This document shows, piece after piece, positions 48,768-57,545 of a stretch of 64,000 nucleotides of DNA. A program made the position numbers and the translations under genes. The stretch comes from Candidatus Pyrohabitans jungbluthii. Its GTDB lineage: Archaea > Hydrothermarchaeota > Hydrothermarchaeia > Hydrothermarchaeales > BMS3B. The DNA lies in assembly GCA_002010065.2 (NCBI GenBank), contig MTMD02000002.1, forward strand, positions 224,001 to 288,000, read 5' to 3'. The notes beneath the pieces were generated by a model, which saw only the letters and a program-made list of their open reading frames with translations, ran no database searches and was not told where the DNA came from. Each line of letters opens with the position of its first letter. The first letter of the stretch is position 1.

Positions 48768-49699
48768 TTGAGATAGCGACGTTCATCCTGGGAATAGTCC
48801 TGGTGGTGTGGGGAACAGAGCGGTTTGTGCGGGGCCTGGTAGGCTCAGCGCTCGTGCTGGGTGTTTCAACCTTTGCCCTGGGAGTAGTCTTCGGGGGCTT
48901 TGACGCCGAGAATCTGAGCGCAGGCATAGCCTCCGCTTTGAAGGGCCTGCCGGGAATATCCCTGGGCACTGTGATAGGCTCCAGCATCTTTCTGCTGGGC
49001 GCGGCGGTGGGTATAACCTCTGTGCTTGTCCCCCTCGAGGTTAGAGTGCCCGGGAAGTACATCCTCCTGACCTTCCTCTCTCCACTGCCCATGTTTGCCC
49101 TCATGCGAGACGGTATGCTCTCGCGCTACGACGGGCTCGCCCTTCTTGCAATCTCCCTGCCGGTGATAGGCTACATAGTCAGGGACTCGAGGCATGAAGC
49201 CTTTCTGGAGGAGGATGAGGAGTTCGAAGAGGTACTGGAGGAGAGGGAGGAGAAGCCAGGATGGTACTTCCCAATGCTAATGCTCCTGAGCATAGTGGTA
49301 ATCATAGCTGGGGCGGAGCTTCTGGTAAGGGGGGCAAAGGGGATAATCCAGAGCTTCGGGATAAGCGACACCCTGCTCGGCATGGTCTTCGTGGCGGCGG
49401 CGGTCAGCTTTGAGGAAGTTGCCAGGATGGTGGTGCCAGCGTGGAAGGGCCGACCCGAGATAAGCATGGGCAACATCCTGGGCACTGTGCTCTTCTTCGT
49501 GCTGTTCAACGCTGGCTTAATAGCTCTAATTGCGCCCCTGAGGGTGGAGCAGAGTGTTGTGTCCTTCCACTTCCCGGCAATGATGCTCATCTTAGCTGCC
49601 ACCTCTGCGTTTATGCTTAATGGGAAGATATCGAGGGGCAACGGTATCGTCCTGATTGTCCTCTACCTCGCCTATTTAATTTTAAACTATTACCTTTAG
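48764..49699 (+). CDS. Sodium:calcium antiporter (CaCA/YrbG-like)
   Basis: Two repeated halves with G.VIGSS and MGNILG motifs, acidic central loop, about 10 TM. Confidence 0.8.
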   Translation: MIEIATFILGIVLVVWGTERFVRGLVGSALVLGVSTFALGVVFGGFDAENLSAGIASALKGLPGISLGTVIGSSIFLLGAAVGITSVLVPLEVRVPGKYILLTFLSPLPMFALMRDGMLSRYDGLALLAISLPVIGYIVRDSRHEAFLEEDEEFEEVLEEREEKPGWYFPMLMLLSIVVIIAGAELLVRGAKGIIQSFGISDTLLGMVFVAAAVSFEEVARMVVPAWKGRPEISMGNILGTVLFFVLFNAGLIALIAPLRVEQSVVSFHFPAMMLILAATSAFMLNGKISRGNGIVLIVLYLAYLILNYYL

Positions 49700-49710
49700 G
49701 AGGTTCTAAA

Positions 49711-50133
49711 ATGGGAGAAAAAATCGCTGGAAAGACGAAGTTTGGTGAGCTGACTATAGACGATATCGCGGGCATGCAGCCCTGCATGAGCAGAGTGATG
49801 CGCCAGTACACGGAGCGGTACAGCATAATGTACCACGCGTGCAAGGCGCGCAACTGGAAGCTGGGCTTGTACCAGCTCAAAGAGATACGCGAGATTGCCG
49901 CCGTTGGAGCAAAGACGCGCCCCCAGTGGGCCAAGGAACTGGAGGACTTTGACCGCGAGTATCTCGTGCCCATAGAGGAGGCGATGAAGAAGCAGGACTG
50001 GCAGGCTTTTGAGGAGGCTTACATGAGGAGCACAGAGGCGTGCAACGAGATACATCGCAGAATAGGCTACGGGTATATAAAGTATAAGCTACCGGAGTCG
50101 CCGCCCGACTGGCTGGACCTTACACCTGAATAA
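49711..50133 (+). CDS. Hypothetical four-helix-bundle protein resembling cytochrome c'-like proteins, with degenerate heme motif
   Basis: NWKLGLYQLKE..ETRP-like segment (KTRP), AFEEAY..ACNEIH..GYGYI. No signal peptide. Confidence 0.6.
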   Translation: MGEKIAGKTKFGELTIDDIAGMQPCMSRVMRQYTERYSIMYHACKARNWKLGLYQLKEIREIAAVGAKTRPQWAKELEDFDREYLVPIEEAMKKQDWQAFEEAYMRSTEACNEIHRRIGYGYIKYKLPESPPDWLDLTPE

Positions 50134-50147
50134 ACGAACATGTTCGT
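50134..50147. promoter_or_regulatory. Perfect 14 bp palindrome upstream of the cupin promoter
   Basis: ACGAACATGTTCGT; function unknown. Confidence 0.3.
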
Positions 50148-50194
50148 AGATAGGATTAACTCCGATGAGCGCATATATTATACTGTGATGAAAA

Positions 50195-50509
50195 ATGCAG
50201 GTGATAGACTTAAGCGAATATGCGCAGTTTAAGGAAGATGAGAAGGTGCTGAAGCTACTCCACGACTCGCCCAGCTGGCGGATAATAAACTTCAATTTCG
50301 AGGCAGGGCAGGAGTTGCCGGTGCACAGCCACGACGTGGATAGCGAGGTTATGATTCTGGTGCTTGAGGGCGAGGGTTACTTCATAGACGGGGAGCGCGA
50401 GGTAGAGGCGAAGCCTGGGAGCATGCTGATTAGCAAAGTTAGCGAGCCCCACGGCGTTAAGGCAAAGACGCGCATGCGTGTGCTGGTTGCGATTGCCCCG
50501 CCGATATAG
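50195..50509 (+). CDS. Cupin domain protein
   Basis: GQELPVHSH, VLEGEG, EPHGV. Confidence 0.9.
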   Translation: MQVIDLSEYAQFKEDEKVLKLLHDSPSWRIINFNFEAGQELPVHSHDVDSEVMILVLEGEGYFIDGEREVEAKPGSMLISKVSEPHGVKAKTRMRVLVAIAPPI

Positions 50510-51313
50510 TTACTTCACCCTTTCCAGCAGAGCATTGACGTCGGCGCTGCGCGGCTCAACGCGCACAGGCTCCTCATAGGTGCTTCTCTCCTCCCTGTAG
50601 AATATCCCTATGGGTATTCCGTCTTGAGTATAAGCCAGCTGAAGAGCCTCGTCGAAGCTCGCCGGTTCCTCCAGCTTATACACCTTCTCCCTGTAAAGCT
50701 TCCATGTGTTGTTGAATGTGACGCAGGGCTGAAGCACATCCACAAACGCAAAGCCCCTGTGGAGTATCGCCTCCTTAATTATTTCTTTAAGGTGCTTCGC
50801 ATCGCCGGCATAACCGCGAGCAACGAAGCTCGCTCCCGAGGCAAGCATCAGCGCTACTGGATTAAGCGGCTCTTCGGGGTTGCCTTCCGGGGTGCTCCTC
50901 CCCCTGAAGCCCTTCGCACTGGTAGCTGTAGCCTGGCCTGTGGTTAGGCCATAGACAGCGTTGTTGTGGACTATGAGCGTGGCGTCGATGTTCTTCTTTG
51001 CGGCGTGGATTAGATGCACTAAACCCTCGTTATACGCATCGCCATCGCCCGCGAATCCTACGACGGTTAGCTTGGGATTCGCCAGCTTTATACCAGCGAG
51101 CATCGCTGGCACTCTGCCGTGGATGGTGTGAAAGCTGCTGAGCGTTAGGTAGTCGGCTATCTTGCCATGGCAGCCAACGCCGGAGACGAGTACCATCTTC
51201 TTTAAATCCATAACCTCTGCCAGCTCTGCAGCGGCGTCCTTGAAAGCCTTTAGAATGCCGAAGTTTCCGCACCCCGGGCACCAGACTATCTTCGCGCGCG
51301 TGGCAAGCTTCAT
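50510..51313 (-). CDS. korB: 2-oxoacid:ferredoxin oxidoreductase beta subunit
   Basis: WCPGCG, SGVGC, HGR, GDGD, YGLTTGQ, LQPCVTFN. Substrate not determinable. Confidence 0.88.
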   Translation of the reverse strand: MKLATRAKIVWCPGCGNFGILKAFKDAAAELAEVMDLKKMVLVSGVGCHGKIADYLTLSSFHTIHGRVPAMLAGIKLANPKLTVVGFAGDGDAYNEGLVHLIHAAKKNIDATLIVHNNAVYGLTTGQATATSAKGFRGRSTPEGNPEEPLNPVALMLASGASFVARGYAGDAKHLKEIIKEAILHRGFAFVDVLQPCVTFNNTWKLYREKVYKLEEPASFDEALQLAYTQDGIPIGIFYREERSTYEEPVRVEPRSADVNALLERVK

Positions 51314-52947
51314 CCGAACACCTCCCTTAGCTTGGGCACAAGCTCACTAGCAACGAAGGGTCTGCCATCCCACCTTGCAATGAGCTCAGCCTCTATGCAA
51401 GCGTGCTCCCTCAGCAGAGAGCCGAGCTGCCCTGTGTAACTGCACTCAACGCAGGCGGCTCTCTCTATGTCCAGCTTCTCAATCTCCCAAGCCGGGAAGG
51501 GTGAGAGGTACCTCACCTGCACCACCTTTATGCCTCCCAGCTTCTGCGCTGCCTCTATGGTAGCGCCTGTGGAGGAGCCCCAGGTAAACACCACGTCTTT
51601 ACCTTCGCCGAAGATTCGAACCGCTTGCCTTTGCTTGACCTCCTCCACAATACCCTGCATTTTCCTCATCCTCTTCTTGTACATCGCCGCGCTTACCTCT
51701 GCGTCGTCGGTAGTGAATCCTCGCTCGTCGTGCTCATTGCCAGTTGCCTTGAGCACCACTTCGGGAGGGAAGGCGAGAGGGCTCACGCCCGAGTCGGTGA
51801 TGAGGTACCTTTTATAATCCTCAGCGCTTCCCTGGTATAGCAGAGGCGGCTCCTCCTTTACTTTCTCCACATCTATCTCCGCCGTGGCTGCGCTCTCTGA
51901 GAGATACCTGTCCATGAGCAGCACCGCAGGTGTTTGAAACTTCCACGTCAAATTGAGCAGCTCACCAGCTAAGCAAAAGGCATCCTCAACGTCGCCCGGA
52001 GACGCCACTATCCTGGGAAACTCTCCGTGGCCAGCGTGGAGCACAAACCTCAGGTCTTCCTGCCCATGCCAGGTGGGCAAGCCCGTGCTCGGCCCGCCAC
52101 GCTGCGATTCCAGAAAGAGCACCGGCACCTCCGCCATGCCAGCCAAGCTGAAGGCTTCCTGCATCAGCGCAAAGCCTCCGCCAGAGGTGCCTACCATTGT
52201 TCTCGCCCCAGCAAAGGCGGAGCCTATTGCCATTACCGCGGCGGCAATCTCATTCTCAGGCTGGACCACGGTCATGCCGAGCTCTTTCTTCACCGACGCC
52301 AGAAAGTGGAGCAGAGAAGAAGAAGGTGTCATGGGGTAGGCATAGTAGTTTCTGAGCCCTGCCTTGACCGCTCCCAAACCAGCAGCTTGGTTACCGTCCA
52401 GCACCGGCTTAGCCTCGCCCACCTTCTTCACTTCTCGAATGCGCTCCAGGTTTTCAGAGGCGTACCTGTAGCCCATCTCCGCGAGGATTACATCCTTCTC
52501 AGCTTTCTCGCCGTACGCATCGCGGTATATCTGGTTGAGAATCTCCACGTCTATGCCGTAGAGGTAGCACAGCGCGCCAAGCGCAGAGGCGTTCCTGAAC
52601 ACCGGCGGCGCCTTTGCCTGCTTTGCAAACTCGCTCATCGGCAAACCCTCGCCACCAGCGTAGCTGAACTTCGAGGAGTCGAAGATCACACGCCTCACGT
52701 GCTCCCTGTGCAGTGGGATGACGTAGTCCTGAAGCGCTATCAGCAGGTCGCCCTTCTGTTCGTGACAGCGTATCTTCTCGCTGCTTACCCTCACTATTGC
52801 CGCGTTGTGTCCGCCGCGTATGAGCGACTGGTATTCCACATGAACAAACACGTGGTAACCCAGCCTTGCAAACAGCTTAGCCGCAACCAGACCAGCGCCC
52901 TTTACACCATCGCCTGCCATTCCAGAGATGCGAAATGTGAAGTCCAT
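51310..52947 (-). CDS. korA: 2-oxoacid:ferredoxin oxidoreductase alpha subunit (fused gamma)
   Basis: YQSLIRGGHN, YPMTPSS, ENEIAA, TSGGGFALM, QRGGPSTGLPT. Confidence 0.9.
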   Translation of the reverse strand: MDFTFRISGMAGDGVKGAGLVAAKLFARLGYHVFVHVEYQSLIRGGHNAAIVRVSSEKIRCHEQKGDLLIALQDYVIPLHREHVRRVIFDSSKFSYAGGEGLPMSEFAKQAKAPPVFRNASALGALCYLYGIDVEILNQIYRDAYGEKAEKDVILAEMGYRYASENLERIREVKKVGEAKPVLDGNQAAGLGAVKAGLRNYYAYPMTPSSSLLHFLASVKKELGMTVVQPENEIAAAVMAIGSAFAGARTMVGTSGGGFALMQEAFSLAGMAEVPVLFLESQRGGPSTGLPTWHGQEDLRFVLHAGHGEFPRIVASPGDVEDAFCLAGELLNLTWKFQTPAVLLMDRYLSESAATAEIDVEKVKEEPPLLYQGSAEDYKRYLITDSGVSPLAFPPEVVLKATGNEHDERGFTTDDAEVSAAMYKKRMRKMQGIVEEVKQRQAVRIFGEGKDVVFTWGSSTGATIEAAQKLGGIKVVQVRYLSPFPAWEIEKLDIERAACVECSYTGQLGSLLREHACIEAELIARWDGRPFVASELVPKLREVFG

Positions 52948-53104
52948 TCTACCCCCCACTAGAGTATGCTACTTAGGGATAGAAAAAGGTTTTCCAGGAC
53001 GCTGGTCTCCTTTTTTTAGAATCATCATAAAAAATCATTACAGAACAAAAACTTTTTATAGCCTTCGGGAGAGATAAAACCCAAGCGCTGAAAGGAGGTC
53101 TGGA

Positions 53105-53290
53105 ATGGCAGAGATAGAGGTGAATAAGGATACCTGCGTTGGTTGCGGAGAGTGCGTGGATATATGCCCTGCCGATGTTTATGAGCTTCAGGATGGAAAG
53201 TCAACGCCCGTACGTATGGAAGACTGTGTCAACTGCTGCTCCTGCGTGGAGGTGTGCCCCACCAACTCGATAAACCACGAATCCTGCTAA
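53105..53290 (+). CDS. 2[4Fe-4S] ferredoxin
   Basis: CVGCGECVDICP and CVNCCSCVEVCP; GGAGG RBS. Confidence 0.95.
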   Translation: MAEIEVNKDTCVGCGECVDICPADVYELQDGKSTPVRMEDCVNCCSCVEVCPTNSINHESC

Positions 53291-53332
53291 TGCAAAAATT
53301 AATTATAGCTGTTTTGTGAGTTTTTACTGCAG

Positions 53333-53761
53333 GTGGAGCCGATGAAGGTTAAGGATATAATGCACGGCGTTACAATCGTGGAGCCGGATACCAGCGTTCT
53401 CGAAATTGCTCGTATAATGAAGGAGAAAAATATCGGCTCAGTGCTTGTCAAGCTTAGCGAGGTGGACTGGGGGATTGTGACTGAGAGAGATATAATAAAT
53501 AAGGTTGTGGCGAGGGGTTTAAGCTTCAAGGAGGTAAAGGCGAACGACATAATGACAGAACTAAAGGTAACCATAGACGCCTCCGCGCCTATAAGCAAGG
53601 CGAGCGAGTTATTCAACATCTACCACATACGCCGCCTCCCCGTCATGGAGAATGGGGAGATAATAGGGATGATAACCTCTCGCGATGTGGCAAAGTACTG
53701 CATGTTCAAGTCGCTTAGGGCAAAAAAGGAGTACAGCAGAAGCGGGGGTTACAGGAGGTAG
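53333..53761 (+). CDS. CBS domain pair protein
   Basis: IGSVLV..GIVTERD, IRRLPV..GMITSRD. Confidence 0.9.
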   Translation: MEPMKVKDIMHGVTIVEPDTSVLEIARIMKEKNIGSVLVKLSEVDWGIVTERDIINKVVARGLSFKEVKANDIMTELKVTIDASAPISKASELFNIYHIRRLPVMENGEIIGMITSRDVAKYCMFKSLRAKKEYSRSGGYRR

Positions 53762-53842
53762 CTAGAATCTTTTTATTAAGAGCTTTGATTTAGAAGCTAA
53801 CGATTATTTCAAATTGGTACAAATCTATAGGCCATATAATGT

Positions 53843-55303
53843 TTAAGAACCAAATATTTTTGCTTCGGTTGTAGCACATTTTTTGAATTTGATGTTGTGA
53901 AATTCTTCAAATACCCTTTTAGCTGCTTCATTTACTTTTTTTCGAATATTATTATCTGGGGGTGCAAACACATGCCCTTTTAACTTAGTTTCTCCATAAG
54001 CGGTTAACCACCAATCTGCTGGAAATATTTTGTTTAATGTAACAAATTTATTTTTACTTACTTTTACGAGGCACTGAGATGGTTCTCGTAAAGAAGGCGG
54101 CTGAGGAATGTCCACCCAAATTTCATATACACTGCATATACCATCAACTTCATCTACTATAAGTTCTCTTAATTCTCTTATGGAAATTGGATCTTCAGCA
54201 AACCTAATTAACCTCTGATAATCTAAAACATTTTTTATACATCTACGAGAAATAATTAGTGCCCTTTTTAATAGTAGTCGTCGCTTTAAGTTATTAATGA
54301 TAGGTCTAATCTCTGAAATTTTTGCAAAATTTGATAATATATCATAATCGTCTATTTTTAGAAAATCTACTGAATTTCTAAAGTTTAACCCATCAAATTC
54401 GATATTGTAATCATAAATTATCTCAAATATACTTTTTAACATACAAGTTGCTGCCCTAATTTTATGATGATGATATATTGAAGAATAAAGGAGCACTTTG
54501 TTGAATAAAACTTGTTCTACGTTATGTACTCCACTGATATCTATACATACTCTTCTGGGATATCCTCTTCTAAAGTCTATCAATGTTGTATGCATTATAC
54601 GATCAAGGTCTACTTCCATTTTTAGACCAGAAAAATGTGCATCTCGAGGGATATAATCCAATTTATCACAATCAAAAGCCCCATTTATTAAGTCTGCTTT
54701 GTAAAATTCTCTGTCATATCCATCCGTATTACCTATTATCATATTTGCTATCTTTTGAATATCCCAATTTCTGTGATATTTTGACATTAAGTCATCAAAG
54801 AAATCTTTAAATGGCTTAGAAGTTATTATCATATAAGACAATATCTCATGAGGTTTTGCTTTACTGAATTTGGGGTCTTTAAGTGCTTTTTGCATATCTT
54901 TTAGTTGGATTAGTATTTCTTCTGATGGATGTGAGAAAGGACCATGACCTATGTCATGTAAAAGAGCTGCAAGTCGTAATTCTTCAATAGTATTTGTGTC
55001 AAACATCGCTTTAAATTTTTTCTTTAATGCATTAGCAATTTTGTCTACAATAATCAATACTCCTATCGAATGTTCAAAACGATTATGATGTGCTGAAGGG
55101 TATGTTAAAAACGCTAAACCTGTTTGGTGAATTCTACGAAGTCTTTGGACGAATGGGAGGTCTATTATATTAATCTCATGCTCATGAAAAAGATACGAAC
55201 CAACGACTCCATCACGGATTAGTTTTCTATCTCGTACATTATAGGGTTCATATTCTGAAAGTTGCTCGTCTACGAACCTCTCAATTGACGAAGCTAATGA
55301 CAA
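53843..55303 (-). CDS. HD-domain dNTP triphosphohydrolase-like protein (SAMHD1/dGTPase family)
   Basis: QRLRRIHQTG, YPSAHHNRFEHSIG, LLHDIGHGPFSH, HE, DCDKLDYIPRD, IYHHHK. Confidence 0.88.
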   Translation of the reverse strand: MSLASSIERFVDEQLSEYEPYNVRDRKLIRDGVVGSYLFHEHEINIIDLPFVQRLRRIHQTGLAFLTYPSAHHNRFEHSIGVLIIVDKIANALKKKFKAMFDTNTIEELRLAALLHDIGHGPFSHPSEEILIQLKDMQKALKDPKFSKAKPHEILSYMIITSKPFKDFFDDLMSKYHRNWDIQKIANMIIGNTDGYDREFYKADLINGAFDCDKLDYIPRDAHFSGLKMEVDLDRIMHTTLIDFRRGYPRRVCIDISGVHNVEQVLFNKVLLYSSIYHHHKIRAATCMLKSIFEIIYDYNIEFDGLNFRNSVDFLKIDDYDILSNFAKISEIRPIINNLKRRLLLKRALIISRRCIKNVLDYQRLIRFAEDPISIRELRELIVDEVDGICSVYEIWVDIPQPPSLREPSQCLVKVSKNKFVTLNKIFPADWWLTAYGETKLKGHVFAPPDNNIRKKVNEAAKRVFEEFHNIKFKKCATTEAKIFGS

Positions 55304-55332
55304 AACAATCCCCCCATTTTTATTAATTATAC

Positions 55333-55782
55333 TTATCTTTCAATAATTAATGAATGGAATTTTTTACTCATCTCTTTTAATTTTCTTTTTTCTTCATCTG
55401 AAAATAGTGGTAAAATGTTTCTTCTTATATAATTTCTAGAATTTGCAGGGATGATACATCTTTTAAAATCCGGATTAACGGTACTAATTATCCCTCCATT
55501 TTGAAGTCTAAATAGAACTCTTTCAAGCAATTTTGAAAAAGGATAGATGTCTCCCTTTGAAAATACAAATTCACCTAAAAGTTCGGGATAATCATTTTTA
55601 AGATAGTTGATCGCAGAATGGATTTTTTCATAATCTGCAGGAATTTCTTCTGTTTCTAGGAATGAAAGCATTGCGGCTATAACATCATCGGGAGTACGAC
55701 GTAACCTCAGCTCTTTTAGTATATTTCTCTTTTTTTCTTCACCTAGCCTATCTTTTTTTGGTAAAGTAATAAATTCATACAT
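55333..55782 (-). CDS. Hypothetical protein, possibly winged-helix YwgA/SocA-like partner of the HD protein
   Basis: KIH..F.F....YPFSKLLERVLFRLQNGGII pattern; GGAGGT RBS; 29 nt from the HD gene. Confidence 0.6.
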   Translation of the reverse strand: MYEFITLPKKDRLGEEKKRNILKELRLRRTPDDVIAAMLSFLETEEIPADYEKIHSAINYLKNDYPELLGEFVFSKGDIYPFSKLLERVLFRLQNGGIISTVNPDFKRCIIPANSRNYIRRNILPLFSDEEKRKLKEMSKKFHSLIIER

Positions 55783-56010
55783 TCCCTTTTACCTCCTTTA
55801 GAGTTATTATTAAAATCTTTTCTAGAAGCGCTGGAAAAGTAATAAATAACATACCCTCTCCCACCAAACAGTGTTTCCCACTGAGTTCCATTTTTCTCTT
55901 CATAGTATTAATTATTAATGGATAAATTAATATTATATAAATTTTATTATTTGGTTTGGAATTTGAAATTCCATATTTAATTTTTATTACTTGATTAGGA
56001 TGAGTTAACA

Positions 56011-57129
56011 CTAAAACACCATCATCCTCTCTATCTTCTCCGCCTCTACGCCAGCCTCCTTGAGCTTCAGCGTTGTGATGATGTTTCTTATCTCATTCTC
56101 CCTCAGGAAGAGATGCCCCATGGGCACGCCTATGTGGAACCTGTCGCCCCGGAAGGCGCGCTGGTAGAGTTTTATCATGTGCCTGCGAAGCGCTATCTCT
56201 AGGGGGAGCACAGATGCAATGCCCTCGTACTCCCTTGCAGCCTCTGCGCTGGCTGGCGCGTACCTCATGCCGAAGGGCAGCTCCCTGCTTAGCGAGTCGT
56301 AGTCCTTCAGGAGAGAGGCGATTAGCGAGGTGTAACCAAAGTGGGGCAGCTCCGTGGTAATCTGCCCTAAGTGGCGCAGCCCCAGAATAGCGGTGAGCAC
56401 TTCCCTTCTCACCCTGTACCTCACAGGTATAAAGTAGGCCTCTGCAGTTGAGACGTCGATGCCTCGAAGCCTGAACGCCGCGAGCACATTCCTGAGGTCT
56501 ATCTCCATGCCAATAAGCTCCCTGGCAACTGCTCTATCGCGGGTTGAAAGTGCACTCACAGCGCCCCACAGGTTCTGGTATAAGAAGCTGTCGAGGGCGC
56601 TGGTGAGCACCGCAGGCGAGCCGTCCTCGGTGTAGCTTGGCAAAGCTTTTGAGAGGGGCTTGTAGTAGTCTGTGCCCTTAAGCGTCTCCACGAGCTCACG
56701 AACATCCTGCGCTTCTATCATCTTCTGGATCCTATCTTCAGTCAAATCACGGGTGGTGAAAATGGGATAGCTACTACGGATAACCTCAGGGGGCACGCCT
56801 GCATGCTTAAGGCGCAGAATCGCCTTCACCACTTCGGCTGCGAACTTCTTGTAGAGCCTGTCCATCGCCACCTTTGGCTCTCGCCTCAGGCCGTGTACTA
56901 TCCTCTCATACTCCTGAGCAAGGGAGCTGTAAAGCATCCCCTCTATGTTCAGGACATTTACATCCTGAAGCTTGGAGATTTCCTTACCTACGAAGGTGCC
57001 CTTAAGCAGGGAGATTACATCCTCTACTGTTGGCACCTCTATCAGCGAGCGGAACTCTCCCTGCGTGAGCATCCGCGACCTTAAGGCACCTATCTTTGCA
57101 TTGATATAGGCATAATCTCCTGCTGACAT
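56011..57129 (-). CDS. atpC: A/V-type ATP synthase subunit C
   Basis: YAYINAKIGALRSRML, IDLRNV, ENEIRNI. Confidence 0.85.
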   Translation of the reverse strand: MSAGDYAYINAKIGALRSRMLTQGEFRSLIEVPTVEDVISLLKGTFVGKEISKLQDVNVLNIEGMLYSSLAQEYERIVHGLRREPKVAMDRLYKKFAAEVVKAILRLKHAGVPPEVIRSSYPIFTTRDLTEDRIQKMIEAQDVRELVETLKGTDYYKPLSKALPSYTEDGSPAVLTSALDSFLYQNLWGAVSALSTRDRAVARELIGMEIDLRNVLAAFRLRGIDVSTAEAYFIPVRYRVRREVLTAILGLRHLGQITTELPHFGYTSLIASLLKDYDSLSRELPFGMRYAPASAEAAREYEGIASVLPLEIALRRHMIKLYQRAFRGDRFHIGVPMGHLFLRENEIRNIITTLKLKEAGVEAEKIERMMVF

Positions 57130-57167
57130 GCTCCAGCTCCCTAAAAATTAAAAAAATATTTTGTGGT

Positions 57168-57500
57168 TTATATCTTGGTCAGGAGCATGAAGGATATAAT
57201 CAAGCCATACAGCGCAATTCCTTCAGCAAGCGCGACTATGATAAGGCCCCAGGTCATCATCTCAGGCTTCTCGGAGATAGCGCCCAGCGCTGCAGCGCCG
57301 GTATGGCCTATAGCGAAGCCCGCGCCAGCAGCTGCGAGACCCACAGCGAGAGCTGCGGCAATCGCATAGAGACCCTTCTGGTTCGCTGTAGCTGCTGCAT
57401 CTCCACCAGCGGCTGCACCTTCTTCAGCAGCAAAAGCTATGCCTAGGGAAGCCACCATTGCTATGCCCAACACGATACCTAAAGTTGTTACCTTCCTCAT
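57168..57500 (-). CDS. atpK: A/V-type ATP synthase subunit K (c, proteolipid)
   Basis: N-terminal leader, GAAALGAISEKPE, LAEGIALYGL (essential Glu). Confidence 0.93.
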   Translation of the reverse strand: MRKVTTLGIVLGIAMVASLGIAFAAEEGAAAGGDAAATANQKGLYAIAAALAVGLAAAGAGFAIGHTGAAALGAISEKPEMMTWGLIIVALAEGIALYGLIISFMLLTKI

Positions 57501-57545
57501 ACTTTCACCTCTCCTTAGTTTTTGCTTTCTTCTCCTATTTTACTC

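Larger units (their letters stand above)
53770..56010. other. AT-rich genomic islet (probable horizontal acquisition)
   Basis: Abrupt switch to AT-rich sequence and codon usage between the CBS gene and atpC. No integrase or clear direct repeats seen. Confidence 0.75.

Noticed and set aside
52027-52962. Long antisense ORF (311 aa) and similar shadow ORFs opposite valS, sucCD, leuA and atpI
   Set aside because: Antisense to well-supported genes, explained by codon bias; no domain motifs.
55775-56011. 78 aa ORF as a third islet gene
   Set aside because: Low-complexity AT-rich sequence, no RBS or recognisable motif; more likely the promoter region of the islet.
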